DNA from: the human T2T-CHM13v2.0 reference genome, Homo sapiens
Direction: 5' to 3' (one strand)
Assembly: GCF_009914755.1 (NCBI RefSeq)
Contig: NC_060929.1
DNA length: 64,000 bases
Shown here: one piece after another, positions 1 through 15,880 of the stretch
Layout of the letters: each line of letters opens with the position of its first letter
How positions within the stretch are numbered: position 1 is the stretch's first letter
The notes under the pieces: generated by a model
Database searches by the model: none
The model's input: the letters and a program-made list of their open reading frames with translations, nothing else
Told to the model about the DNA's origin: nothing
Translations under genes and position numbers: made by a program

Positions 1-2964
1 CAGCTGCCGGACAACACAAATTTTTCATCTAAGCATCCTCACTGCAGGGAAGAATGTGTATCCTTTTTACTATGATTTTGAAAAGCATTCATTTAGTCTG
101 TATCATCCGCAAACAGAGAGAAATAAGATGCTTCCAATTTCTCATTATGTCCATTTCAGTGGAAGTAGCATGGAGATAATGAAAGATGCTTAATATTGAT
201 TGTCTCTTAAATGTGGAAATTACTGTTGTCCACTGAGAAGTAAATGTGGTGAGAAAAGCTGTTTTCAGCTCATAAAGTAGTGGTTATTATTTCATACTTT
301 TATAGAGCCCTAAATGTACAGAGTGCTGACAATATGTGAAGTGGGGCCAAGCAAATCTAATTTCTGGTCCAAAGCAGGCAGATTCCAAATGCAGACCCAA
401 TCCAACATGAAACCAATGACACAAAATCAACATGGTATAGCTTGGAGTGATTGCAAAGGGAAAACTGTGGGAGAGAAAGTGGTTTCAGGGTGAAGAAAAT
501 AAGAGGGATCTCCCTAACATGTAATAAAATAATAGAAACCCTTTGAATAAGCCCTGGAGTCTTAAAGTGACTTGTCCAAACCAGCATTTTCTTCAAGAAG
601 CCTTTCATCTTTTACTTTCCCAGCAGATAAAACAAATCCACTCCAGTGCAATGAATTAAATGTCAAGTGTACACATATATAATACATCTAGATGTGGGGG
701 CATTGATCCCTAGACACAAGTCACTCCATCCTCATTAGTTATTGAACTGAAAGCCTGGAGAATGCCCTTATGTAAAGGTGCAAATAATGCTTTTCCTCTG
801 AAGCAAAAGGAAAAAACCTTCTAAATGGTGGAGGTTCTTTTGAACCTTGTTAATAGATCAATCCAAGAATAGAGCTCTGTGTGTACAACATGATCAATCA
901 AAAGCCACACAGAAAATAGAAAAAAAAAATCTTCCAGACCAGTGCCAGCGGCCTTATCATAATTGCTTCCTGACAGATGCAGTGGATAAACAAGCTCAGG
1001 ACAAGGCCAGTCAGGCTGCTCCAGAGGCCTTGTTTCTTGTTGCTCTAGGTATCAAAATAGGAAGTAAATAGCTGAGAAACAGTTCTGAGAATTGCCAGGA
1101 GGAAGTGCTCCTTCCTCTCCCTGCACTTGCTAAATTTGCTTATCTTTCATTCTCTTAGCACAGCCTTCTGCACGCTGCCTGGGACCCCTTAGCTGCCCGG
1201 GACCCCTTAGCCAAGACCATTTTTTCCCCAACTGCCTTTGACCTAATGCCATCCAGCTGACCCAATGCATCCCCTCTTCTCCTCTGCCAACAAAATGTGA
1301 TTTAAAAAAAAAATAAGGACACAAACAAACCCCATCAATTTCCATGCAATGGACCCCCTAAACAAATAAACAAACAAACAAACAAGAAAGCAGACCTCTG
1401 GCTAAGGGAAATATCCACCATAATGTGAGAGGAAACAGCACTAAGGTTGGGTAGGTTTTCCCCACCAGTCAAACAGCATCTCAGTTTGACTGAAATACTT
1501 CGTCAGGTTCCCTATGAGTAACCAATAAACAGCTCTGGAGCTCATTAACTGTCCAACCTAGTGTTGGTTCCTACCAAAAAAAACATGTAAACTTATTTTA
1601 CGAGGAGCCTGGATTTGTGTTACCACCTATCTGATGATTCTAATACACCATCAGCAGCCTGGCACCTGACACTTACATAAGGCTTTTCATGTATGTATGC
1701 CCACAGAGCGTTAATGCATCTGGCTGTCCAAGTCCTTCTGTGAGCCAAAGAAAGCTTGTGTATCCACTTGGTCTCCCCTGCTTGGCTTTGCACGTCCTAT
1801 TTCTAATTCATGTAAAGGGGTTCCTAATGTCCGTCCTAGGTCATATGAGTTCCATTTAACCTGGGATTTTTTATATGAAACGTGAATACTTTAAATTGGA
1901 GGCAACTAACAATTCACAATAGTCTCAGAGAAACGGGCTAGCTCCCTGGGATAGATACAAGGTCCACCTTGGTCTCTACCTTGGCTTTCAATTCCTCAAC
2001 CTCTACAAAATATTTGACACTGGATTGTCTTTCAAATGACTGTATGCTTTAAAACTACAGAAAATCTGGATTTTTAAAAAGGCATCCAATTATGCTGAGG
2101 GTTTTCTTTTTAGCATAAAGAGGACAAATTATTGGATGACATACCTATTTTTTTATTTTCTTTTCCAATTCAGCAAATTATTCTTTAATAAAATTTACCA
2201 AAGGATCAACTTTTATAATAAAGAAGCTGAGATCATCATGGTTTCTTTTGGTCTCCTTTAAGGCATAGATGGAAAGAGCATTTGCATTGCTTTTTATGGA
2301 GTACTCATATGATGTGACAGCATCTGAGGTATTACTTTTACAATGTTGATCGTGTAAATATTTTCTGCGGCTTTTCAGCGAACTAATCACATCTAACATC
2401 ACATTAAGGAAGTCATTTTAGAAGGAGCTTTATTTATAGAGAAAATTTCAGCCAAAGTGTATGCAGAAAAATTATTAATATGATGATTTGGTTGAAGAAG
2501 CAAAAACACATGCTAAATAAGTCCGAATTTCATAAATGCCGCTCTATGGGGAACAAGAGAACTCATTGGGATTGAATATTTAATTTCCTACATTGAACTG
2601 TTAAGAATTCCTTCTTTCTTCTCCACATACTGCATTAACCAAAAAGTACAGGAGCCTTTCAGTGGACAAATTCTGTATCCTCTTGGAGGAAAACCAAACT
2701 GACTGAGGGTCAAATGACCAAGCAGGAATCAAAGTCTCTAGTAAGAGCCACCACTGAGGACTTGACAAATTCAGATGTCTACCTCCGGTCATTCAAACTA
2801 CTGCAAGTGAGCAGTGACTTAGGGAAACAGCAGAATGAAAAAAGTAGCAGCTCACAGGCCAGTCCTAAACATACACATTGTCAATCCATAAATTATAATA
2901 CATCTTTATTTCTCTTCTTCAACTGTTTTCTACTCTTTCTTTCCATTAGTAAGATAAAACTCAT

Positions 2965-3150
2965 TCTCATCATTCAGAGTTCAACCAAGCAAACAGGAAT
3001 GCGAAAATTTAATAGAAGGAATTTAGTTACATAGGTGATACAAAGGCTAAGAAACAAAACAGGGTCAAGGTATAGAAGTAAAAATAAGGTAAGGTAATCC
3101 AGGGATTAGCAAAAGCAAGCAGCTGCCACCACTCTGAGCTGTAAGATCAA
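2965..3150 (-). mobile_element. Ancient LTR fragment (LTR78/LTR33-like)
   Basis: tttaatagaaggaatttagttacataggtgat...ccagggattagcaaaagcaagcagctgccaccactct resembles the antisense of old eutherian LTRs; boundaries approximate. Confidence 0.4.
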
Positions 3151-4890
3151 GTATACAACTACAACTAAATAACTAGATTGACTCATTATCACTTATTCCC
3201 AATTATGTAATGGAATCCATCTAGCCATATTTGTTCATTTTATATAACATTCCTCCATATCCCACTCTCCCTGGTGAGTATTTTTTTTTAAAGAAGAAGA
3301 TGAGTTTGGATAGTGAATGACTTCACAAGTGATAGTACTTTGTCCTCGATGAATTAAAAAACTTGAATCCATGTAAACATAATTCTCCTGGAAGAATGCT
3401 GTGGCTATCAACATCAGTGGTCTCTTTCTAAGCCTTAATAAGACAAGTTGAGGAAATATGAAAAGTGAAATTTACTTCCACTCAGTCAAAATATAGAGTA
3501 AAGGTTTACTCATCTGCATTTTTCTGTCTAGTGTTTTAGAAGTTCCGACCATTGCTACAAGTTTCTTTCACCTTGAGAAGAAATAACGTATTTTAATCTC
3601 TAAATTAAGAATGTTGGCCCTTCTTCCATTCTGGAACCATTTGCTATAACCCCATAACAAGAGCAATTACCTTGTCTCATTAACAACACAATAGGGCCTA
3701 TCAACCTTACAGACATATCAGTCAACAGTCAGTAAATATGTCAAGTCAGACATGCTGAACTAGAAGTTGGACAGTCAACACATATTTTAGCATTCAATTT
3801 TAGTGTGTAAATTAAAATCATAATGAATTACTCCATTACAATACAGTTGAATAGCATGATGTTTACAAATGAATTCCAGTGAATCCGATTGGGATTTCTT
3901 CATGGTCTCCACCCTGGAAAACCAGCTTGAATTCTTGTATGCGGGCCAGATTCCAAGAGACATCATAATTAGATCCCAGAAGACTACATGGCAGCTGAAG
4001 AGGATGTCCCCTGTGGAATATATGGAGGAAAGGCTGGCCAAAGCAATGTTCACATTCATGCAATTATCCAGTTAATTGCACAAGGTAAATGGAGTCATAT
4101 AATTATGGCTAAGTTCATACTAGGATTAGGCTAGCCCTGAACAAAATAGTGTATTTTGAGAAAGAACATAATACTGAAGCAAACTCTCCATCAACATACC
4201 ATGCTTCATTTCCTTTTGCAACACTCCAGTCAAAGTTCATTAAAACAAAGGTTTTAGCAGATCTCAAGGCATAATGGGAAAAGTGACCAAGCTTAGGACA
4301 TGACACATTTTGACCAACTCTATTTATCTCCTATTGGCCCTAATGTGAAAGACTATTTGTGGACATTCAATTATAATCACTTGTACTTTCAAAGAACCAA
4401 CGAACCTAAGGTTTTAAATAAAGGAACTCAGTTGGGAATTCTTGCAGCAAAATTATGAAGTATAGGAAACATTCAGAGGCAGGAGTGAGAGAGAGTTAGG
4501 CAAGAACTCACCTTTATTGTATTTTGTCTAAATTGAGCTTTGTGCCAGGTGTTTTTGTTGTGGTGATACTGGTTTGTTTTTTTGTTTTTATTCATGTTAT
4601 TTTATTTTTCAGCTGAACTAATAAAAACTTAGTTACTGAGTGCCTATTATATGCTAGACCCCGTGAGCAAAATGGCAAACATTGAAGTTAATAGAAGTTC
4701 TTGACCAATAGTAAAATGAGAAATAATTTTTAAACACTAGAAAGAAGCAAATCCGTATTTTTATATACTTATTTATTCTTTTAACATCTTTCAACATGAA
4801 ATTTCAGCTATAGAAGGTGAAAGGAAAATCTAATACTATTTCAGTAGATTTCAACTCAGATTTCATTTTGTTAGGTAAAAATTTGAAATT

Positions 4891-5030
4891 TTTTCTTTTT
4901 TTTTTTTAACTGGGACAGGATCTCACTATATGTTGCCCAGGTTGGTCTCAAACTCCTGGGCTGAAGCAATCCTCGCACCCTCAGCCTTCTAAAGTGCTGA
5001 GATCATAGGCATAAGCCACTGTTCCCTGCC
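4891..5030 (-). mobile_element. FLAM (free left Alu monomer)
   Basis: Poly-T followed by an antisense Alu left monomer; perfect 14-bp TSD aaaaatttgaaatt at 4877-4890 and 5031-5044. Confidence 0.9.
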
Positions 5031-5141
5031 AAAAATTTGAAATTCTTTACTTCATTTGGACATTGCAATCTGAAGATTTAAATTTGTTTTTTCTTTGTAT
5101 AATTAAAACAGCATCACTGCATCTTATGTAATTATTGTTAA

Positions 5142-6145
<1,004 letters not shown>

Positions 6146-6764
6146 TTAGCTTTTGAGGGGAAGAAAAACTGTATCATTTTTTGCACAAACATAATGCTGG
6201 GGGTACACAAGAAGGTAAAACATGTAATGTCTTTCCTCCAGGGGACCACAAACATGGAGATAAAAAGTTTAAACTATTTAAACTTTAAATTCAACCAAAT
6301 TTAATCATTGATTTAATTCTGATGATATAGAAAGCATTTCTACTGACATTTTACAGCATCCTAATAGCAAATACTTGAAATAACTATTTTAAATGTAAAA
6401 CAAAGAAGTACCAGTCAACAGAAATTACTGACCAACAAAAACTCAGAAAATGATGAGGGAGCATCACTTATATTTGTTAATAACCTACCTGGGAAACTAA
6501 CTCAAAGGGATTTTGATAGGCTGGATTTTTAGCCTTTGTAAGAATTTATTTAGTGGATTTGAAAACTAGTTAATAACATGAAAACTGTTCAATAACAATG
6601 CCAAAGATATGGCTTATTTTTTCCTACAAGGTTGTAAACCCTTTCAATTTAAGTAGCATGTTTACTAATCTTTCCATATTTTCCGCAAAACCCAGTACAG
6701 ATCTAGAAAAACAATAACGGCACACGAAGTAAATGGTAAGAAAACAGCTACTTCTTTTGCGTTT

Positions 6765-7078
<314 letters not shown>

Positions 7079-8769
7079 ATCTTTTGTGTTTTTTGAAAAA
7101 GAAGAGTGGTAAACTGATTTTAGTCAGAACATACTGAATATATGCCCAACAAATACATTCTTATATTTTATGAAAAAATACATTTTCTACAGTATGAGTA
7201 AATTATTTTCTATATTCCTTCCAGAAACAGTTGCTCTGAGAAATAGCTATTAATACATTTGTCTCTATAATCCTAACAAGTATGACTAGGACCTGAAAAT
7301 ATACATTATCTAGTTATTGCAAATTATTATCAGTACCAGCCAAAAATATTTAATAACATCATCTTAAATTCGTATAATGTTTTAATCTTGTCAAAGACTA
7401 TAAGACTTTACTTCATTCTTATTTTTAATACTATTATAAAAAGGAAAAATAGCATTTCAATTGTATTGTTTCTACTTGCCTACAGTACAAGGACATTAAC
7501 TAAAATCTGAAAGTCTCAAGGTTATTTGATAAAACTTGGATTGAGTCCAGATTTACTTCTGATTTTCCAGTCAAACCAAGACTTGTTCTAAAGCCACAAT
7601 AACAACGAAATTGATGCTTTCATCTCCCAGAAATATGGCTGTGCTGTGATCCATGAATTTTAAATTAGAAGTAAATCTAGGTAAGATATAGCAGTGGGTT
7701 GCTTTGTATATATAAATCATAATTACTGAATAAAGAGCCTCATATTTAGGGTGTGCTTCGATATTATTGTTACTATACTTCAGCATCAACCATGTGTCAG
7801 AGGCTATTTTAAGTGCTGGAGATACAATAGCAAGCAACATAATCTATAGCTATAAGTCTACTTTTAAAGGGAATTTACTTTTCAAAGTAGTCAGGAAATG
7901 AATGCAACTCTTAACCAATAAAGTCTCTTCAAAGAAAACACTCCAAGTGAAATCAAAGACTCTCAGGATTAAGAGTTTACAGATCATGTAGACAATGATT
8001 AAGTCAAAGATTTAAGACCTGAAGTTGAAAATTCAGAAGCAATGGTTTATTTTTATCTATATTTTTAATAATTTTTAATGAGATAATTCATAATAATCTT
8101 TACTTTTAGTAACCTTGAAAAGCTAAAAAGAGTATCACAATAGTAACAAGATTAACACCTAGCAAAATTAAATAAATATTTGGGGAGTAGAAACATTAGT
8201 AAAGCAAGTATTAAACTACTTCTCCAATTAATCCCATTTTATTATTTCATTACCTAGTGAGAAGTTAAAATTTTAAAAGCCCTTTTCCCCAGGAAGCTAA
8301 ATGTGCCTTGCCATAATGGCATTTAACGTTGTGCTCTGGAACCAAGGTGCCCATGATATCACTCAATAGACAAAACAGAAAATAGAATTTTATAGTTAAA
8401 GGTAAAAGGTCAGCTACTTTTATTCACTTTTAAAAAATAAAGTATGACTTATAATCAAGTGCACATATTTAAGAATACAGAATAATGCATTTTGCATATG
8501 TATATATTCATGGAAGTGCCACCCAGATGAAGATATAGAACATTATCAGCAGCACTTCAGCAAGCCTTATGGACCCCTCAGATACCTCCCTCTAAATGTA
8601 ATCAGCATTCCAAAGATCAAGTAGTTTCATAAATTTAGAAAGTTCTAGAGTAAATGCGGAAAGAACAGGTCTCAATATAAGCTTTATAACTAACAAGAGT
8701 GTGGTAAACTCCACCTGACCTCTCCCAAAAAAGAAATAAAAGATAAATTGTATCATTTATTATATTATG

Positions 8770-9550
8770 CTAAGTGCTTACTACACTCTGCTAAGCATAG
8801 TGCCAATTAAATCAGACTGATAGGGGAAGACTTTAAAGAAGAGGTGATATCAAAGCTGATTTTGAAGAAAACGTAAGAGCTAAAAGAAGTTAGGAGAGGG
8901 TGATGTATGGAAGGGAATAGGAATGAAAGAGGATAACTGAGTATGTAAAAGCATGGAAGAGCAGAACACATTTGGAGAACTTTATTTGTAGGGCTGGAGC
9001 AAAGGATTCACGTGGGGTAGTGAGAGATAAGCTGCAGAGGTAAGAAAGAGACCAATCATAAGAGCTGTGGGCATTAAAGTAAAAGTTAAACTTCATCCTA
9101 GACATTAATAAGGAATCACAGCTTGAGCCGAGGCAGTCAAGAAGGGAGGTGGCATCATCAGATATATATTTAAGTGTGGAGGATGGATTAGTCCTCTGGA
9201 GAAGTTGGAAGACTGAAAGCAAAGGAAAGAGGTGATTGCAGTAATCTGGATGATGGTGGAGGTGATGTTGTGGATCTAACCAGCCAGTGGCAGAAGGCAT
9301 GAAAACCAGGGAATTAACTAGAAAGATGTTAGTTAGACGTAAAATCTAACTAGGACATACTGAGCCATCAGAAGTGAGAGGCAAGTAATTGCTGGGGTTT
9401 CTGGATTTGGCAATGGTGGCACCCTGCCCCCTGAGACAAGGTATACTTTTGACTACATTTGGAGGGACAATCATGAGTTCAGTTTTAGACAAGGTGAGTT
9501 CCAAATGCCTGTTAGATATCAAATTGAGATGTCTAAAGGCATCTGGATAA
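8770..9550 (-). mobile_element. L2 LINE fragment
   Basis: Purine-rich antisense L2 motifs such as gagttcagttttagaca...gcctgttagatatc. Confidence 0.7.
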
Positions 9551-9983
9551 TAATAGCTAACACTTAGTGAATAGGTACTACATATAAATATATATAGGTA
9601 AATATGTGTATATATATGTGTGTGTGTGTGTATATATATATATAGTACCTATTCACTATATAAATATACAGTACATATTCACTAAGTCAATGTGCAGTTC
9701 CTTCTAAAGAATCACATTATATAAAACAAGAAGGGATTCAAATTTAGTAAATCTGTACTGGGGCCCATCAAGAGGCATTTTTAGGAACCCCTGTTGGGAT
9801 TCTAATGTAGAGAGATCACTTTGAGAAAGGTTCCCATGCCTGAGTATCTCTAGAATCAGGATAGGGACACAAAGATTTTTCCAGATTTGCCTACAGCACA
9901 AGGCGATTTGCAAAGCCCCTTTGAAAAGTAAGGGTCCGAAATTCATTTACATTTGGCAAAGTGTAATTCTTTCATTCATTCTT

Positions 9984-9984
<1 letters not shown>

Positions 9985-10014
<30 letters not shown>

Positions 10015-10295
10015 GAGAGTCTCACTCTGTCTCAGACTCTCCACCCAGGCTGGAGTGCAGTGGCATAATTTCAGCACACAGCATCTTCTGTCTCCTGGGT
10101 TCAAGCAATTCTCAGCCTCCTGAGTAGCTGGGACTACAGGTAAGCCCCATCACACCTAGCAAATTTTTGTATTTTTAGTAGAGATGGGGTTTCACCATGT
10201 TACCCAGGCTGTTTTTGAACTCCTGACCTCAAGTGATCCGCCTTCCTTGGCCTATCAAAGTGCTGGGATTATAGGCGTGAGCCACCACACCCGGC
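9985..10295 (-). mobile_element. AluS
   Basis: Poly-T plus antisense dimeric Alu; TSD-like taattcttt on both sides. Confidence 0.9.
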
Positions 10296-10743
10296 ATAAT
10301 TCTTTATTTCTAAGAATCAAAGGCTAGTAGGAAAGATGTTTTGGATACTAAACAACTCTTACCCAACTCTAGCTTGATGAGATGTCTAAATGAATATGAA
10401 ACACACAGATTGAAATATAAGGTCTTTTTAAGTGAGGAGCAAAGCCCTTGGCAAAACTGGATGGCGTTATTTTGATAAAACCCAGGGTACTACAAAAAGT
10501 TTGACACACCCGGCCCATAACCGTCTGTCCTGTTTTCTAAAGGGCATGTTTCCCTTCAAACCATGTGGGTGTTACACTAAGAGAATCAAGTGTAGGACAA
10601 GAATCTCAATTTGATAGACTGAGAGTTGACCTTTCAAATTTGTTTGGACAGGCATATTTTTCTTTACTGTAGCTTGTGTTCTTTTACAGGTTCTAAAGGG
10701 CAGTCATGAAACTCCAAAAGTTCAGTAAAAGGGGTGCAGGGAA

Positions 10744-10880
10744 ATATATATATATATACATACATATATATATACACACACACACATATGTATATATATG
10801 CATTATATATATACAGTATATATTCTATATATATTGTGTATATATATTGTGTATATATATAGTAGATATATTGTATATAT
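10744..10880. repeat. (TA)n/(CA)n compound microsatellite
   Basis: Seen directly. Confidence 0.9.
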
Positions 10881-11152
10881 TGTTACCATGACCATCCTTG
10901 TCTGACTAGTCTCAACCCAACTATCACCTCATTTGGAATGCTTCCTAACCCTAAACTATATCTAACCCTATGAGAATGCACTGTTTTTCATATTGCTGTA
11001 CTTACCAACTTATTTTATAATTAGTATCTATTCTTTTCAGTGTGCCCTATGAGTCTAAGAGCTACCTGAGGACAAGACTAGACCTTATTTAAGGCTTGAA
11101 TTGTTAAGTCCTCAGAAAAGTGCCTCACAGTGGATTCTCATTAAACTTTCTC

Positions 11153-11328
11153 AGAAAGAAAGAAAGGAGTGAGTAAGCAAGGGAGGGAGGAAGAAAGGGA
11201 AGAAGGAGAAAGTATGTGGAGGGGAGAGGAAAGGCAGAGAAGGGAGAGGAAGAAAAGGAAGAAGGAGAGAGAAAGAAAGGAGGGAGGAGTAGGGGCAGAG
11301 AAAGGAGTTGGGAAGGAAGGAGGAAAGG
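11153..11328. repeat. GA-rich polypurine low-complexity tract
   Basis: Seen directly; explains spurious ORFs 11151-11339 and 11169-11408. Confidence 0.9.
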
Positions 11329-11821
11329 ATACAGTTCAAAGTTTGAATCCTAATAATGGGTCTGTTTATATTGTGTTTAAGAAGAAATACATGAACAAAG
11401 TTGACTAGGACCCTTCAAATAATATTAAAATTAGATGAAAAACTGATAATGTGGCAACCCCCCCCCCCCACCCCACACACACACACACATTCAACTGGAC
11501 ACAATTCTAAAATATCAGTTCATACCAGTTCACCTAAATGTCCCCCTAAAGAGCAGATTCAAAATTTTGGCCATGTTTCTCATAGACCAATCAGCAAGAC
11601 TCAAATGACCAGGCCAAATGGATAGCAATCTGATTTGTTACTCTGAAAGGAGACAATCTCGGTTAGTATGGAAATAAACTGGTTTACATACAAATTATCT
11701 TCTTATAAAGAGCAAAAATTTACAAAGTCATATTTTAGAAGCCATCTAATCTAACTTTTGCTTGTGGCAGATTAGGTAAATGAAGCTCAATGAAGTGTCA
11801 GAAGCGGACTATCATCTAAAT

Positions 11822-12041
11822 CAGGGATATCCATATTGGCTTCCCTGGGCCACACTGGAAGAAAAAGAATTGTCTTTGGGATACACACAAAATACACTAA
11901 CAATAGCTGACGAACTAAAAGAAAAAAAAACGCAAAAAAAAAATCATAATGTTTTAAGAAAGTTTACGAATTTATGTTGGGCTGCATTCAAAGCTGTCCT
12001 GAGCCGCATGTGGCCCGTGGGTTGACGATTGCACAAGCTTG
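11822..12041 (+). mobile_element. MER30 hAT-Charlie MITE
   Basis: cagggatatcc...ggcttccctgggccacactggaag...cacaagcttg matches MER30; degenerate 8-bp TSD atctaaat/attgaaat. Confidence 0.88.
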
Positions 12042-12305
12042 ATTGAAATGGCAATAAGTTCATAAGGAGAAAAGAATAACACAAAGCTTTAAGGTTAGAT
12101 AAATTAAAAGATCTAGTTACAAATCAGGAAATTATTATCAGGTCTGCCCACACTAATTAACATTTTGAAATAATCTATAGGCAGAGAATAAGGCTTGTTT
12201 TACAAAAAACCATAATGGGATGAATTTTATTGGTGGACAAAGCAAAGTTCAAATTGTTTAATTCCTTGTGGCAAGCTTGAGTCTTGGCTATTGCATCCCT
12301 ACTAA

Positions 12306-12657
<352 letters not shown>

Positions 12658-13169
12658 TAACTATGTTAAAAATCAATAGTAATTTTGTTCTGGAATGCTA
12701 TTGACAATTTCTGAACAACTATTATCTTCAAAGCATTGCACTAAGCAGTGCATGGGACACAAATACCAACAAGACTTAGACTGTGCTCTCAATAATTTAT
12801 AATCTGATAGGAAATAAAGTCCCCAGATGCTTACATCTGTGGCACGCAGGATTACATGTAAAAACACATTGGAGGTGGCAGGGCCTATTTAAGTCCATTC
12901 CAAATGATAATCTGCTGCTGGTCCCAGGAGGCTGACAAAAAAATACACTGGAATTCTCTCACCCATGAGTCCACAACAGTGTAAAGAAAATTGGGCTTGA
13001 AGTTTGAATTCCAGCTCCCCTCCTTCACTAGCTAGATGACCTTGGCGATTTCAGATTAACATTTAATTAACCTGCATCTTTATTTTTATAAAATCAACAT
13101 AATAATAATGATCTAAGTTAAAACATATGATTCTAGTATGCAGTATAAATATCTAATAATGATGACAAT

Positions 13170-13410
13170 AATAATACCTAATCCTTATTAAGTACTTATT
13201 ACATACCTGGTGTTCTACATATTGTAACTCATTTAATCTTCAAAATAACTCTATAACATAGGTAATATTAACTATTAACTCTATAAGTACTGTATTTTAT
13301 AGATGAGGAAACTAAGACACAGAGCGGTTAAGTAATTTTCCAAAGAGCACATAGCTACGTGTTAGAACTGGAATTCAGATCCAGGGAGACTGACTCTAGA
13401 GTCTATGCTT
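13170..13410 (-). mobile_element. MIR SINE
   Basis: MIR core ttttatagatgaggaaactaagacacagagcggttaagtaa. Confidence 0.8.
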
Positions 13411-14445
13411 AAAAATGATTGTTGAAAGCATTCAGCAAGATCCCTGTAAGAAAGGAGTTGGCAAACCTTTAATAAGAAAATAACTGTCTTCAGTGCCCTT
13501 GAATTGGGACTTTTTGATGTAACACTGAAAACAGAGTGGGAAGACATGACCATCCTCACATCTAAAACAAGATGTGGTTGGGATCAATATTCCAGCCTAG
13601 TGAGATGAGGACTCAGTAAAAACCACAGAAAAATAGTTTATTTTAAATCGTATTTTAGAATTAAGCAATATTTTAAAATGTATTTCATAATAAATAAATA
13701 TCCCAAAGATGATTTCACAATTAAAAAGATAAATATTAAATATTTGAGCCTGCTATATCTTCCCCTGACTTTTAATAAAGGCAAAGACATTTGCTTTGCT
13801 TGCAGTTTTTCAATAAACTATTGACAGTATGTATCTATTACAACACAATTTCATTAACTGTGAGATCTAATAATCTCAATAAATTTATCTTGAATATTCT
13901 CAGCTTCCTTGTTTTTCTTCAAATGGATAATAATTGATCTTTAATACAGAAACTTGCCCACTGTTCATCAAAATAGAGAAAAGAACAGCTTTATTTATAA
14001 ATTCAGGGTTGGTATTACAATCCCTCAAACCCATTTAATTAAACAATATGATTTACTAAAGTTTGAGAACTTATGGACAAAACAAACATGTAGGAAATAT
14101 GCTGTGGTTCCATGGCTTCAAAAGCCCAAAGCAAATGCACCATAACCAATCTGATCATGTCACAGAATTCCCTCATGCTAGAGCTGGGATGAATTCTAAA
14201 GATGACTTCATTCCACAGTCCTCCAATCTGCTAGTGTACTGGTATCACCTGGGAATTTCATTTTTAAAACTTTTTCTTTTTAAATTTAAACCTACAGAAA
14301 AGCTGAAAACAGTACTTCACCCAGATTCACCGGTTTTTTCGTATTTTGCTAATTTGAGATCTTTCTTGCTTTTCTGCATTTTTGGTATTATCTTTGTTCT
14401 CACATCATTTTACTTACTGAATCATTCTAAAGTAAATTACAGATA

Positions 14446-14860
14446 TGATAACCAGATTGGATGCTGTGGTCTGACACCTATATTCCTCTTCCCTCTTTAG
14501 GACTGAACTACTAATTTTCCCCATCAGCTGAAGAGTTTTGGCAATGAACAGCTTGCAGCTGAATCCCCTTCTGGAAATTATCCTTGGCTAAAGAGACACA
14601 CTTTGATGAATGTCATGTACTCTTCCCTGGGGCAGTGTACACCCAGTGACTGGCTGATGCAGTGGTATAAAGGTCTGCTCCACTTGCCCTAAATTCAGGA
14701 CAACTCCGTAAAGCCATCCCAGCCCCAGAGCTCTCTGTGCCATGAGCTGAGTTCTTTGTTGTGAGAGTATCACAGCTCCCCTTTCTCCCTAATCCTACTT
14801 CCTCACTCCCTCACAAGTGTTGAGTCCTTACAAACTTGCTGAGGAACTTAACCTGGGAAA
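14446..14860 (+). mobile_element. LTR16A-type ERVL solo LTR within an old L1M fragment
   Basis: cagtgactggctgatgcagtggtataaagg...caggacaactcc...ccatcccagccccagagctc matches recalled LTR16A; flanks (about 14270-15250) are antisense L1M-like. Confidence 0.75.
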
Positions 14861-15689
14861 ACTCTTAAATAAGTCAGTATAATTAGATTAATTATAGTAT
14901 TTAAGAATTTTATATAATATAATAAGTATAATAAGAAAATTCAGAAAATTTAACATTGATGCAATATGATAATCAAATTGTCAATACCATATTTTACCAA
15001 TTGTCCTAATTTGTCCTTCATGGCAATTTTATTTTTTCTAATTCAAGATCCAATCCAGACCATATATTTTATTTAGTTGTCATACTGGTTTAGTCTCTCT
15101 TAACTCTAAAAAGTTCCTCAACTTTGCTTTGCTTTGCTTTGCTTTCCCAGACACTGACATTTTCGAAGAACATAGATCAGTTATTTTGTAGGATGCCCCT
15201 CAATTTGGGTTTGTCTGATTGCTTCTTTAGGATTAGATTTAGAGTTTGGTTTTCATAATTCATCAACTGGTCATACAACTTTTTCTAATTTTTAAAGTTA
15301 TACAGCTAATTCTAAAATATCTAAAAATTTCCATCATCTTTATTTGAATTACTTGGCATATGATAGGCAATCTGCTCCACTGTAACCATTTATGTTAAAG
15401 CTATGTCTTTGGATTATAATGTAATCCTTTTGGGGACACCTTAAAATAATAATTAGGTATCCAAATTTAAGGTTCTGTCACAACTACAAGGTGTTTAACT
15501 GAGGCAAGTAACTGGGTGAATAGTTATCTTCTCTGATGACTAAGTCCACTCATATAGACGTTAAGAACTATTAATGTATCACACTCCACTTCGTTGTGTA
15601 AAATTGACAAATTTCTTTTGACACTAATCACAAGATGCATCATGAATTCAGAAATATTGAAGTGTGAAGGTAATATCCATTTTATGATT

Positions 15690-15880
15690 GAATCATGTGC
15701 TAAATACTGCATGCATCTTATTTAATACTGCATCTCATTTAACATTCACAGCAACTTTATAAGATTGCTATTAAAAATATTCCTATTTTATGGATGAGAA
15801 AACTCAGGCTCAGGGAGGGTAAGTAACTTTTATAAGATCACATAGTGAGTAAACAGCATAGTCAATATTCAAACACAGAT
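15690..15880 (-). mobile_element. MIR SINE
   Basis: MIR core ttttatggatgagaaaactcaggctcagggagggtaagtaact. Confidence 0.8.

Noticed and set aside
3787-4075. Three overlapping ORFs as a coding exon
   Set aside because: No recognisable protein similarity and no partner exons; kept only as a weak non-coding candidate.
10660-10700. Strong-looking splice acceptor (cttttacag|g), also near 18619
   Set aside because: No convincing matching donor or frame; such sites are common by chance in T-rich DNA.
14063-14500. 145-aa ORF
   Set aside because: Non-ATG start, runs through antisense L1M and LTR16A; hydrophobic composition reflects T-richness.
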